Source: an uncultured Actinomycetes bacterium (GTDB taxonomy: Bacteria > Actinomycetota > Thermoleophilia > RBG-16-64-13). Taken from it: DNA of 64,000 nucleotides. Location of the stretch: assembly GCA_963841735.1 (NCBI GenBank), contig CAWJDT010000001.1, positions 96,001 to 160,000 on the forward strand, in the 5' to 3' direction. Below the pieces are notes generated by a model that worked only from the letters and a program-made list of their open reading frames with translations, made no database searches and had not been told where the DNA came from. The number at the start of each line of letters is the position of its first letter. The stretch's first letter is position 1. Shown in pieces: positions 52,504 to 62,003 of this stretch. A program made the position numbers and the translations under genes.

Positions 52504-53463
52504 TCAGATGCGTTTGTAGATAAGGTCTTTGACGTCCTCGAAAACCTTGATCATGGCCGCGTCGCGCTCTGCGAGGACCTGCTCGAGCGGACGGTCGCTA
52601 TAGTCGAAGAAGCCCTTGCCGCTCTTGACCCCCATGTCGCCCTGCTCCATGAGTTCCACCAGACTCTTGGGCTGGTTGTCGAGGGGAGCCTCGACGAAGT
52701 CCTTGTTCTGAAGATTGTTGTAGCTGAGATCGATGCCCGTGAAGTCGTAGCGCTGGACGAATCCGAGCACCATCGCGCGCGGGATGATGCTGGCCTTCAC
52801 AGCCAGGTCCAGCTGCTCGGCGGTCATGTAGCCGTTGTCGAGCAAGAAGAAGATCTCCCGCCCGATGATGCGCAGGAAGCGGTTGACGCAGAAGCCGGGC
52901 ACGAACTTCTCGAGCACTGTGGGGACTCTGTCCACCTTCTTGAGCATCTCCACCATGAAGTCAACGGTCGCCTGAGAAGTCTCGGGGCCCTTGACCACCT
53001 CGACCAACGGGACGATGTGCGGGGGAGCGAACCAGTGGGCTATGACGGTCTGGGGCAACCTGGCGGCCGGCATGGCCTCGAAGATGTTCAGGTAGGAGGT
53101 GTTGCTGGTGAAGACGGTCCGCTCGGGACACACGGCGTCCAGGGTTGCGTAGAGCTCCTTCTTGGCATCCATGTTCTCGGCGATGCTCTCGATGACCAGG
53201 TCAGCGTCCTTGCCGCACTCTTCCACCGACTGGGTGGTGGTCACCCTGGCGAGCACTCCCGGCACCGCGCTCTCGGCAATCAGGCCCTGCGCCACGAACG
53301 TGGCCAGGTTAGCTTCGACCACGCGCATGGCCTTCTCGAGCGTCTCGGCTTTGCGCGAGTACACGGCCACGTCGTACCCAGCGGCCGCGAACACCTGGAC
53401 CAATCCAGGGCCCATGGTGCCGGCCCCGAAGATGGCGACCTTCTTGACGTCTTCTACTTTCAC
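52504..53463 (-). CDS. 3-hydroxyacyl-CoA dehydrogenase family protein, candidate 3-hydroxy-5-oxohexanoate dehydrogenase
   Basis: GAGTMG, ESIAEN, SNTS, HWFAPPHIVPLVE, GVKSGKGFFDY. Confidence 0.88.
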   Translation of the reverse strand: MKVEDVKKVAIFGAGTMGPGLVQVFAAAGYDVAVYSRKAETLEKAMRVVEANLATFVAQGLIAESAVPGVLARVTTTQSVEECGKDADLVIESIAENMDAKKELYATLDAVCPERTVFTSNTSYLNIFEAMPAARLPQTVIAHWFAPPHIVPLVEVVKGPETSQATVDFMVEMLKKVDRVPTVLEKFVPGFCVNRFLRIIGREIFFLLDNGYMTAEQLDLAVKASIIPRAMVLGFVQRYDFTGIDLSYNNLQNKDFVEAPLDNQPKSLVELMEQGDMGVKSGKGFFDYSDRPLEQVLAERDAAMIKVFEDVKDLIYKRI

Positions 53464-53696
53464 GAGGATGCTCCCTTTAGCTCGTTCTTTCCTGGGAGAC
53501 GGTTGCCATCATGGTATGAGCATACCGCCTTATATATTTGACGATTTCGGTACTGTGACAATCGTAGTACACGAGCGGTGCTCATTCAAGCCAGAATGCG
53601 GCTTGCATGAGTGGCCAAGCGAAGGGATAGCCGCCATGGCTCGAAGCACACTGCGGGGCCGCGTCCCGTCTTCCGGAACTGCAGGCCGTGACCAAT

Positions 53697-53761
53697 CTTG
53701 CAAATCGGCATTGCATAATCTACGATATGGGCGATATTGTCCAGTAATATCGAGATATCGT
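53697..53761 (+). promoter_or_regulatory. Conserved promoter/operator element, copy B
   Basis: TTGCAA-N17-TACGAT plus the same downstream block as 43967-44031. Confidence 0.8.
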
Positions 53762-53898
53762 AACCGTCTTTCTGTCCAAGCCGGCTTGTGCGCCGCGGGC
53801 TGTACGACGCGACGAGACGCCGGTCACCCTTCAAAACAAGGGGAAAGCATGATGGCTGTGTCGGAACGGTCGGGGCGCGAGGAAGGGAGAGCCGAGTT

Positions 53899-54672
53899 AT
53901 GAGATGGGGCATGGTCATCAACCTTGCCAAGTGCACTAGGTGCCACGCGTGTGTGGCCGCCTGCAGGATCGAACACTTCCTGCCTCTCCGAGTCACCTGG
54001 CCGCGGTTGATCGCTCTCGAGACCGATGACGGCGTCACCGTCGACGTGTCCACCTATCCGGTGCGGTGTAACCAGTGCAAAGAGGCGCCCTGCGTGGACG
54101 CCTGCCCCACCGAGGCCTCCCACAAGCGCGAGGACGGCATAGTAGCTGTCGACTCCAACAAGTGCTTCGGCTGCCGGTACTGCGTCATCGCCTGTCCTTA
54201 CCAGAACCGCACCTACCTCTCCAAGAAGAGAAACCCCAACTACTTCCCCGAGCACGCCAAAACGAGCTTCGAGAAGAAGGGCAAGGATCTCTACCCCCAC
54301 CAAGTGGGCACAACCGAGAAGTGCAACTTCTGCATGGAGCGCATCGACGCCGGTCTGCCCAAGGGGCTGAAGCCGGGCGTCGACCGCGACGCCACTCCCG
54401 CCTGTGTGAACACCTGCCAGGCCAGGGCCCTAACCTTCGGTGACCTGGACGACCCCAACAGCGAAGTCTCCAAGCTCATCAGAGACAAGAGTGGGTTCGT
54501 GCTCCACGCCGAGTACGGAACCGAGCCCTCCGTCTACTACATCGACTACAAGCTGGGCGGCGCTCCCTCCAACAAGGCTCCGGTGGAGGCGCAGACCGGC
54601 AGCCACATGCAGCACCTGAGCAGCGTCTATGCGCCGAGCAAGCCCAAACTCGCCAAGAAGAACGCGGACTAG
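53899..54672 (+). CDS. DmsB/NrfC-type four-cluster FeS subunit
   Basis: CTRCHACVAAC, CNQC..PCVDACP, CFGCRYCVIACP, KCNFC..PACVNTC. Confidence 0.92.
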   Translation: MRWGMVINLAKCTRCHACVAACRIEHFLPLRVTWPRLIALETDDGVTVDVSTYPVRCNQCKEAPCVDACPTEASHKREDGIVAVDSNKCFGCRYCVIACPYQNRTYLSKKRNPNYFPEHAKTSFEKKGKDLYPHQVGTTEKCNFCMERIDAGLPKGLKPGVDRDATPACVNTCQARALTFGDLDDPNSEVSKLIRDKSGFVLHAEYGTEPSVYYIDYKLGGAPSNKAPVEAQTGSHMQHLSSVYAPSKPKLAKKNAD

Positions 54673-54688
54673 GTAGGGGAGTGGCCAC

Positions 54689-55648
54689 ATGAATGCAAAG
54701 ACAGCCCGGCAATGGATGGTCACCCACGAGTGGATGATCAAACCCATGGCCCAGACCGAATGGATCGAAGGCAAGGGACTGCTCGTCTGGCTGGCGGAGG
54801 TCTTCTCGGCTCTCGGCACCGGTCTCTACCTGGTCTCGCTCTTCTTCAGCCAATCGCATCCGCCGGCCGCCTTTTGGGGAGGCATCCTGGGCTGGGTCGG
54901 CATCGCGATCTTCAAGCTGCCCTTGCACTTGGCCTACCTTGGCAAGCCCTTGCGCTTCTGGAGAAGCTTTCCCCCCTTCAGCAGCGCTTGGAAGACTTCC
55001 TGGTTCGCCCGCGGCATCGTGTTCACCATGATCTTTCTCGCCTTCGCGGCCGTTCAACTGGTGCTGCAGGGTCTCATCGGTTATGACGTGGTCACCGGCG
55101 GGGCGATCGACGCCGCCAACTGGGCGCTGATGATCCTGGCCGGTGTCTTCTGCGTGCTGACCGCGGTCTACTGCGGATTCGCCATGAGCTTCTGCAAGAG
55201 CGTGCCCTTCTGGAACACGGGGCTTCTGCCCTTTGTGTTCCTCATAATGGGCATCGCGGACGGACTTGCTCTGATCATGGGCGTCGGACTGGCCACGGGC
55301 GAAGACGTGATACCCGCCGCCGAGTCGGTCACCCGCTGGCTGCTCATCGTCAACGCCCTCTTGGTCATCTTCTACCTGGTCAACGCCAACTACCAGTCGA
55401 CCACGGCCGAGTTGTCGGTGAAAGAGCTCGTGCGCGGGCACGTGGCCTGGGTCTTCTGGCTGGGCATCGTTCTCCTGGGCATCGTGGTGCCGTTTGTGAT
55501 CTCGATAGTCGGACTCTTCATCGCCGAAGCGACGGGGTTGCTGATAGCCGCGATCGTCTGCCACACGATAGGGGCCTTCTCCCTTAAGTACGGGGTGCTG
55601 AAGGTCGGCATCTACCGGCCGCTCCTGCCCAAAGCCCATGCTTACTAA
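54689..55648 (+). CDS. NrfD/PsrC/DmsC-type membrane anchor
   Basis: About 8 TM segments, LGKPLRFWR, SWFARG, VPFWN. Confidence 0.85.
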   Translation: MNAKTARQWMVTHEWMIKPMAQTEWIEGKGLLVWLAEVFSALGTGLYLVSLFFSQSHPPAAFWGGILGWVGIAIFKLPLHLAYLGKPLRFWRSFPPFSSAWKTSWFARGIVFTMIFLAFAAVQLVLQGLIGYDVVTGGAIDAANWALMILAGVFCVLTAVYCGFAMSFCKSVPFWNTGLLPFVFLIMGIADGLALIMGVGLATGEDVIPAAESVTRWLLIVNALLVIFYLVNANYQSTTAELSVKELVRGHVAWVFWLGIVLLGIVVPFVISIVGLFIAEATGLLIAAIVCHTIGAFSLKYGVLKVGIYRPLLPKAHAY

Positions 55649-55678
55649 CAGCGCAGCTCTCGTGTTGAGGAGACACTG

Positions 55679-57916
55679 ATGGCAAAGAGAGAAGTCGTTT
55701 ATTCAACGTGCAAGAGCTGCCACGGTGGCTGCGGGGTCAAGGTCACCAAGGAAGACGGGGTCATAGTCCACATCGAGGGCAACCCCGACTCCCTCACCGG
55801 GGGCACCATGTGCTCCAAAGGCCTCTCGAGCATCCAGCACATCGACAACCCCTACCGCCTCAAGTACCCCATGAAGCAGGTGGGCAAGAAGGGCTCCGGC
55901 AAATGGGAGCGCATCTCCTGGGACGAGGCGCTCGACACCATCGCCGACAAGATGAAGGCCGCGATCGCCGATCCAGGGCCGCAGAGCATCGCTATCTCCC
56001 AAGGGACCGGACGCGGCTATAACCGCTACACCATGCGGCTGGCGCGCTCCCTGGGCACCGGCAACGCGATCACTCCCGGCTACGTGTGCCACAGCCCCCG
56101 CCTGGGCCTGTACGCCTTGGTGACCGGGTATGGCCGGCTCTACTGCGACTACCACGGCTGGGGCGGCGAGTTTCCCAAGACCCAGATCATGTGGGCCAAG
56201 CAGCTGGAGATATCGAGCGCCGATTCCGAGATGTGCTACTGGTTCATGCGCTCGCTCGACTACTGCAAGAACCTCATCGTCATCGACCCACGGGCCAGCG
56301 CTTACGCGACGCGGGCCAGCCTCTGGATCCAACCCCGGCCCGGCACCGACTGCGCACTGGCTCTGGGCATGATGAACGTCATCATCGAGGAAGAGCTGTG
56401 GGACAAGGAGTTCGTCGACAACTGGACCTACGGTTTTGACGAACTGCGGGAACGGGTCAAGGAGTGGACGCCCGAGAAGGTATCGAACATCTGCTGGATA
56501 CCCAAGGAGCACGTGGAGACAGCAGCCCGCATGTGGGCCATCGACACACCGGGATGCATCCAGGTGGGCAGCTCGCTCGAGCGGCAGGCCAATTGCGGGC
56601 ACACTCTGCGGGCCATCACCTGTCTCATGGGCCTCGCCGGCAACATCGAAGCCCCGGGCAGCATGATCAGTTGGGTGCTCCCCGACACGGGTCTCATCGA
56701 GGACTTCAACCTCGAGCTCCCCATCACCGACGAGATGAAGAAGAACATCATTGGCGGCGACCGGTTCAAGATGGGCGCGACCCGGACGTGTAACCCCGAC
56801 ACGATGGTCAAGAAGCTCCTCGCCGGCGATGCGCCTATCAAGGTGTGGTTCAGCGTGGGCGGCCAGCAGATCGTCCACATGGCCAACACCAAAGAAGTGG
56901 TGGCGGCCATCGAGAAGGTCGAGTTCATGTCGCATACCGACCTTTTCATGGGCCCCATGGCCGAAGCGGCCGACATCGTGCTACCAGCCGCGCACTGGCT
57001 CGAGTTGGACGACCTCTACGACATGCACCCGCGCTTTATGGTGGAAGCTCACAACAGGGTGGTCGACCCGCCCGGAGAGGCCCAGTCCGACGCCTGGATC
57101 TTCAACGAGATCGGCAGGCGGGTGGTCCCCGACAAGTGGTGGCCCAACGTGGAAGCCATGCTCGACTACCAGGTTAGAAGAGGCGACGGCAAAGATGGCG
57201 GCCAGCTGAAGTGGAAAGAGTTCAGTGAGAAGCTCGTCAGCGGCTGCTGGGGTCCCGACCAGGTGTACTACAAGTACAAGACCGACTTCTGGAAAGAAGG
57301 AGGCGGCTTCCCCACCCCGTCGGGCAAATTCGAGTTCAAGTCGCAGCACTTGGAGTCGCTGGGATACGACGGCCTGCCGGTGTTCAACGAGCCAGGAGAA
57401 AGCCCTGTCTCCACTCCGGAGGTGTACAAGGAATACCCCATCGTGATGAGCAGCGGTTATCGCCAACCCTTCTACTTCTTGGGGCAGTACCGCAACATAC
57501 CGTGGCTGCGTAGCTTCATGGAGTTCCCCACCTGCCAGCTGCACCCCGAAACGGCCAAGCTCTACGGCGTGGAGGACGGCGACATCATCTGGATCGAGTC
57601 GCCCCGCGGCAGGATCCGCCAGAAGCTGCGCACGTTCCCCGGCATCAAGAAGGGCGTACTGATGGCGACTGCCAACTGCTTCTACCCGGAAGAACCGGCG
57701 AAGGGCTATCACGGGGTGTTCATCTCCAACCCCAATGTGCTCACCAGCAACGATCACCTCGACCCCATGTATGGGTCGCCCGACCTCACCTGTCTGCTCT
57801 GCAAGGTCTACAAGGCCAAGGACGAGGAGCTCACCGAGGAGGTCTTCCGCAACGAGGAATACGGGTTCGTACCCGAGAGCATCGGCTCGACCGAGCCGAA
57901 AGCAGCGAAGAAGTAG
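55679..57916 (+). CDS. DMSO reductase-family Mo/W-bisPGD catalytic subunit (acetylene hydratase/dehydroxylase-like, no Tat signal)
   Basis: CKSCHGGC...C 4Fe-4S motif, WERISWDEAL, GYVCH, PRPGTDCALA, ADIVLPAA, TPSGKFEF. Confidence 0.9.
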   Translation: MAKREVVYSTCKSCHGGCGVKVTKEDGVIVHIEGNPDSLTGGTMCSKGLSSIQHIDNPYRLKYPMKQVGKKGSGKWERISWDEALDTIADKMKAAIADPGPQSIAISQGTGRGYNRYTMRLARSLGTGNAITPGYVCHSPRLGLYALVTGYGRLYCDYHGWGGEFPKTQIMWAKQLEISSADSEMCYWFMRSLDYCKNLIVIDPRASAYATRASLWIQPRPGTDCALALGMMNVIIEEELWDKEFVDNWTYGFDELRERVKEWTPEKVSNICWIPKEHVETAARMWAIDTPGCIQVGSSLERQANCGHTLRAITCLMGLAGNIEAPGSMISWVLPDTGLIEDFNLELPITDEMKKNIIGGDRFKMGATRTCNPDTMVKKLLAGDAPIKVWFSVGGQQIVHMANTKEVVAAIEKVEFMSHTDLFMGPMAEAADIVLPAAHWLELDDLYDMHPRFMVEAHNRVVDPPGEAQSDAWIFNEIGRRVVPDKWWPNVEAMLDYQVRRGDGKDGGQLKWKEFSEKLVSGCWGPDQVYYKYKTDFWKEGGGFPTPSGKFEFKSQHLESLGYDGLPVFNEPGESPVSTPEVYKEYPIVMSSGYRQPFYFLGQYRNIPWLRSFMEFPTCQLHPETAKLYGVEDGDIIWIESPRGRIRQKLRTFPGIKKGVLMATANCFYPEEPAKGYHGVFISNPNVLTSNDHLDPMYGSPDLTCLLCKVYKAKDEELTEEVFRNEEYGFVPESIGSTEPKAAKK

Positions 57917-57953
57917 CGGGCGCAGCCGTTCGGCGCTTGCGACCTGGGATGTC

Positions 57954-57996
57954 AACCCCCTGGGCCGGCTTCCACCGGCCCAGGGGGGTTTCTCTT
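57954..57996. terminator. Terminator between convergent Mo-enzyme and MFS genes
   Basis: AACCCCCTGGGCCGG...CCGGCCCAGGGGGGTTTCTCTT. Confidence 0.75.
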
Positions 57997-57998
57997 GC

Positions 57999-59459
57999 CT
58001 AGTCTCCCGCGGGCTTCTCCGGCTCGGTCGGGGCAGCGGGCACCCAGGCGTTTGACTGCGACGGAAGCACTTGGCCCTGGTTCATCTGCATCCGCTTCTT
58101 CTCTAGCTGTGGGGACGTGGTCCGAGATGAGCGGTTACGCTCCGCTGCCCATCCAGTCTCACGCAAGAAGATCGCGGCAACCGCTCCAACCAGAAAGACT
58201 CCGGCCGCCAGCACGTAGGCGTATTTCAGAGAGCCCAGGGCATCGGCCATGCGTCCGGCAAGGTAGGGGCCCAAGACCTGCCCTAATCCCAGGAAGATGG
58301 TCACGAACCCCAGCGAGACGGAGGCCAGTCTGGGGCCGTATTGATCGCCGCACCCGGCCCCCACGACGCCGGGAAATGCGATAGCCGAGAGGCCAAAGAC
58401 CAAGGCTGAGATGATGAGACCTATGGTACTGGGCCACCAGGCGAAAAGCGCGGCCGCGATCGCCTGGACGATGCTCATCAGCGCGAGCGCCCTGCCCCGG
58501 CCGATACGATCGGAGATCCCCCCCCACAGCACGCCGCACATCAGGCTGGCCACCCCGACTACCAAGAATAGGGCCCCCGCCTGACCGGCCGTGAAGCCCA
58601 AGTCGGCGGTCAGCCTCTTCTGAAAGAACGTGAAGTAGATGATGTAAGCGAAGCCGAAGGTCATGTACACGAAGCCCAGATGCCACGCGTACCGCGAGCG
58701 GACCACGCTTCCTAGGCTGAACGAAGAACGGACGGGTCGGGACGCCATGTTCGACCAGGCAGCCAGCGTCTTCGCGGTGGCCGCTTCGGCGCCCGTCTGG
58801 GAAGCCGTCAAGTCCGAGGCCGATACCGACAGCCAGGCGGCGTGGGTCGCGGCCTCGCTGAGGTCCTCTCGGAAGGGCCGGTCTCGCTGGACGATGAACA
58901 CTAGAATGCCCACAATCGCCGTCAGGATGGCAAAGAAGAACCAAGCGTATCTCCAACCACCGACCCCCCCGTATGCCATGATGGCCGGCACCACCGGTCC
59001 GGTGATCACCAGAGCGAGCGACGAACCAGAGCTGACGACCCCCGAGGCCATGCCCCGCTGGCGCACGTCGAACCAAGCCGACATCAGTGCCACGGACGGC
59101 ACAAGCGCCATCCCGCCGCCTATGCCGGTCAACAAACGGGCGGCCGCGGCACCGGCCAGGCCACCGGAGATGCCCGTGAGAAACATGCCTAGAGCGGCAA
59201 CGAGCGAACCGATGCCCACCACCTTGCGAGGCCCGAACCAGGAAGCCAGCGCCCCCCCTATGGCCGCCATGAGCACATACCCCCCCAAGTTCCAAGACGC
59301 CAGCGAACCGGCGGCGGCGTTGCTGATGCCGAGGTCCTTCTGCATGACCGGCAGGATGGCACTGTAGCCGAAACGTCCAAAGCCTAGGGCTCCGAACACG
59401 GCGAAGAAGCCCATGGTCAAGACGACCCAGCGGTATGAGGGCCTGTGGGAAAACTTCAT
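57999..59459 (-). CDS. MFS transporter (YbfB/YjiJ-like)
   Basis: GFGRFGYSAILP, ISDRIGRG, 12 hydrophobic segments. Confidence 0.9.
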   Translation of the reverse strand: MKFSHRPSYRWVVLTMGFFAVFGALGFGRFGYSAILPVMQKDLGISNAAAGSLASWNLGGYVLMAAIGGALASWFGPRKVVGIGSLVAALGMFLTGISGGLAGAAAARLLTGIGGGMALVPSVALMSAWFDVRQRGMASGVVSSGSSLALVITGPVVPAIMAYGGVGGWRYAWFFFAILTAIVGILVFIVQRDRPFREDLSEAATHAAWLSVSASDLTASQTGAEAATAKTLAAWSNMASRPVRSSFSLGSVVRSRYAWHLGFVYMTFGFAYIIYFTFFQKRLTADLGFTAGQAGALFLVVGVASLMCGVLWGGISDRIGRGRALALMSIVQAIAAALFAWWPSTIGLIISALVFGLSAIAFPGVVGAGCGDQYGPRLASVSLGFVTIFLGLGQVLGPYLAGRMADALGSLKYAYVLAAGVFLVGAVAAIFLRETGWAAERNRSSRTTSPQLEKKRMQMNQGQVLPSQSNAWVPAAPTEPEKPAGD

Positions 59460-59525
59460 GGTTTGCTCATTTGGGGGGTGCCCACTTCGCGGACACCCCC
59501 ATCATTATTGGATCGCTGGAACCGC

Positions 59526-60146
59526 TCACGCTCCGCCGGTCTCGCAATCGCCGGCAGGTGCGTTCGCGCTCTGAGCCCCCAGGCGAAAGGCCTGCAGGTT
59601 GACGTCGATAGTCTTGGGGGGCACCGCCCTACGGATTACCGCTTCCCAAGTGTCGGTGGCAAAAGGAAGCGCCGGCGAGATAGCACCCAGCATGGCCACG
59701 TTGGCCGCCTTGACTGTACCGGCCTTGGCGGCCAGCTCGTTGGCATTCACACACTTGGCGTTAGACCAAGTGGCCTTTATGAGGCCGTAGATGTCCTCGG
59801 GGTAGGTGGCCAATCCAGCAGAGACCGGGCTGGGATTGATGCGCAGGGCGTTGTAGACCAGCTCGCCGCCCGGTTTCAGCCAATTGAGGTAGCGCAGTGC
59901 TTCCAAGGCCTCGAAGGCCATAAGTAGGTCGGCAGTGCCCTGCACCACCAACGGTGACCACACCTTGTCGCCGAAGCGGAAGTGGCTGACCACACTGCCA
60001 CCGCGCTGAGCCATGCCGTGCACTTCACTCTGCTTGACATCGTAGCCCTCGCTCATGGCCACCTGGCTGAGCACGTAGCTGGCCAGCACCACACCCTGGC
60101 CCCCCACTCCGGCCAGAAGCACATTCATGGTAGGACGGGCGGTCAT
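59526..60146 (-). CDS. iorB: Indolepyruvate:ferredoxin oxidoreductase beta subunit
   Basis: GVGGQG, SEVHGMAQRGGSV. Confidence 0.93.
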   Translation of the reverse strand: MTARPTMNVLLAGVGGQGVVLASYVLSQVAMSEGYDVKQSEVHGMAQRGGSVVSHFRFGDKVWSPLVVQGTADLLMAFEALEALRYLNWLKPGGELVYNALRINPSPVSAGLATYPEDIYGLIKATWSNAKCVNANELAAKAGTVKAANVAMLGAISPALPFATDTWEAVIRRAVPPKTIDVNLQAFRLGAQSANAPAGDCETGGA

Positions 60147-61992
60147 CGAGACCCCTTCCCTTCGGTCGCCGCGGGCCGGGCGATAGCGTTCTCTTTGCAC
60201 ATCTGCGAACAGATGCCGCAACCGGCGCAGTCGACGGCGCTGATCTCTACTTTGCGATCGCCGTTGGCATCAGTGTAGAGGTTGAGAGCCCCACACCCCG
60301 CCTTGAGACAGTGCTTGCAGCCGATACACGCCTCAGAGTCCACCTGGTAGACCGGCTTGCGCACTTTGAACTGCAAGAACGCACGGAGCTTTGGCTATCA
60401 CGACGAGACCCGTCGTTGGCCGCCAGCTCCTCGCGCAGCACCCGCTGGATGTCCTCGAGATCATAGGGATCCATGGTGGTCACACGCTTGATACCGATGG
60501 CCCTGCAGAGAGCAGGGATGTCCACCACAGCCGCGGGATCGCCAAGGAGGGTCTTTCCGGTACCTGGGTTCTCCTGGCCGCCGGTCATGGCCGTGGTGCT
60601 GTTGTCGAGGATGAGCGTGAGCGACGTACCATTGTTGTAGGCCACGTCCAGCAGAGACGTGATGCCCGAGTGGAAGAAGGTGCTGTCGCCGATGACCGAG
60701 ACCACTCTGTTGCGCAGATCGGGCTTGGCGCCCTCGACGGGCGGCTCCAGGACCTTGGTGATGCCGTGCGCCATGCTGATGCTGGCCCCCATACACGTCT
60801 GGCAGTGCTGTGCGCTATATGGAGGCAGAGCGCCCATCGTGTAGCAGCCGATGTCGCCACTAACGTACACGCGTAACTTGCTGAGCACCATGAAGACGCC
60901 CCGGTGTGAGCACCCCGGGCAGAATGTCGGCGGACGGTCGGGTAGGTCTGAAGCCACTGAATCCAGCTCGCGGAGCATGTCCTCGTTCACACCCGAGACC
61001 CCGGCTTTGGCCAGCGACTGGGCCACGGAGCGGGCGTCCAGCTCGCCGAGCAGCGTATTCAGCTCCTTGCCTCCGTCGATCTTGACGCCCATGAGCCGGA
61101 TAGCTTCCTCCATGAACGGGTCGGATTCCTCCACGATGTAGAGCTTGTCCACTTTGGAGCGGAAGTCGGCGATGAGCTTCTCGGGAAGGGGGAAGGGCAT
61201 GCCTATCTTAAGGAAGCTGGCTCCCGGAAGCACTTCCCGCGCGTAGCCATAGACGGCGCCGGAGGTGATGATGCCCACACGCGTGTCACCCATCTCCACC
61301 CGGTTGAACGGGCAGGTCTCGGCATACTCGGCCAGATCGAGCAGCCGCTGCTCCACAAAGCGGTGCCGGACCCTGGCATTCGCCGGCATCATGATGTACT
61401 TGGTCCAGTCGCGCTTGAGCTCCGTGATCGGTTTCGGCTGCCTGCGCTCCCCCATACTCACCAGGCTCTTCGAATGCGAGGTCCTGGTGGTCATGCGGAA
61501 TAAGACCGGCGTGTCAAAACGTTCGGAGAGCTCGAAGGCGGCAACCGTGAACTCCCTAGCTTCTGCACTGTCGGAGGGCTCCAGAATGGGGACACGGGTG
61601 AACTTGGCGTAGTTGCGGTTGTCCTGCTCGTTCTGAGAGCTATGCATGCCGGGATCATCGGCCGAAATGATCACAAGACCGGCTTCGCCCCCGATTTCGG
61701 CGGCAGAGAAGAAGGGGTCGGCGGCCACATTCAGACCTACGTGCTTCATGCACACCAGGGCCCTGCCGCCCGCTATCGCCGCGCCCACACCAACTTCCAT
61801 GGCCACCTTCTCGTTGGGTGACCATTCGCAGTAAACATCCTCGTATTCCGCGAGGGTCTCGAGGATCTCGGTGCTGGGCGTGCCAGGATAGGCAGCCGCT
61901 AGCTTAACGCCGGCTTCCCATGCGCCACGGGCAATCGCCTCGTTACCGGAGAGGATCTCCACTGCTTCGGGGGTTTCAACTTTGCTTGCCAT
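60143..61992 (-). CDS. iorA: Indolepyruvate:ferredoxin oxidoreductase alpha subunit (indel near 60400)
   Basis: GNEAIARG, YPGTPSTE, MKHVGLN, FCPGC, GDSTFFHSG; the ferredoxin domain continues in ORF 60143-60376. Confidence 0.93.
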
Positions 61993-62003
61993 ATCTCCTC
62001 CAC

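Noticed and set aside
55679-57916. Bona fide acetylene hydratase
   Set aside because: The catalytic Asp position is His, and the enzyme is coupled to FeS and membrane subunits, which implies a redox role
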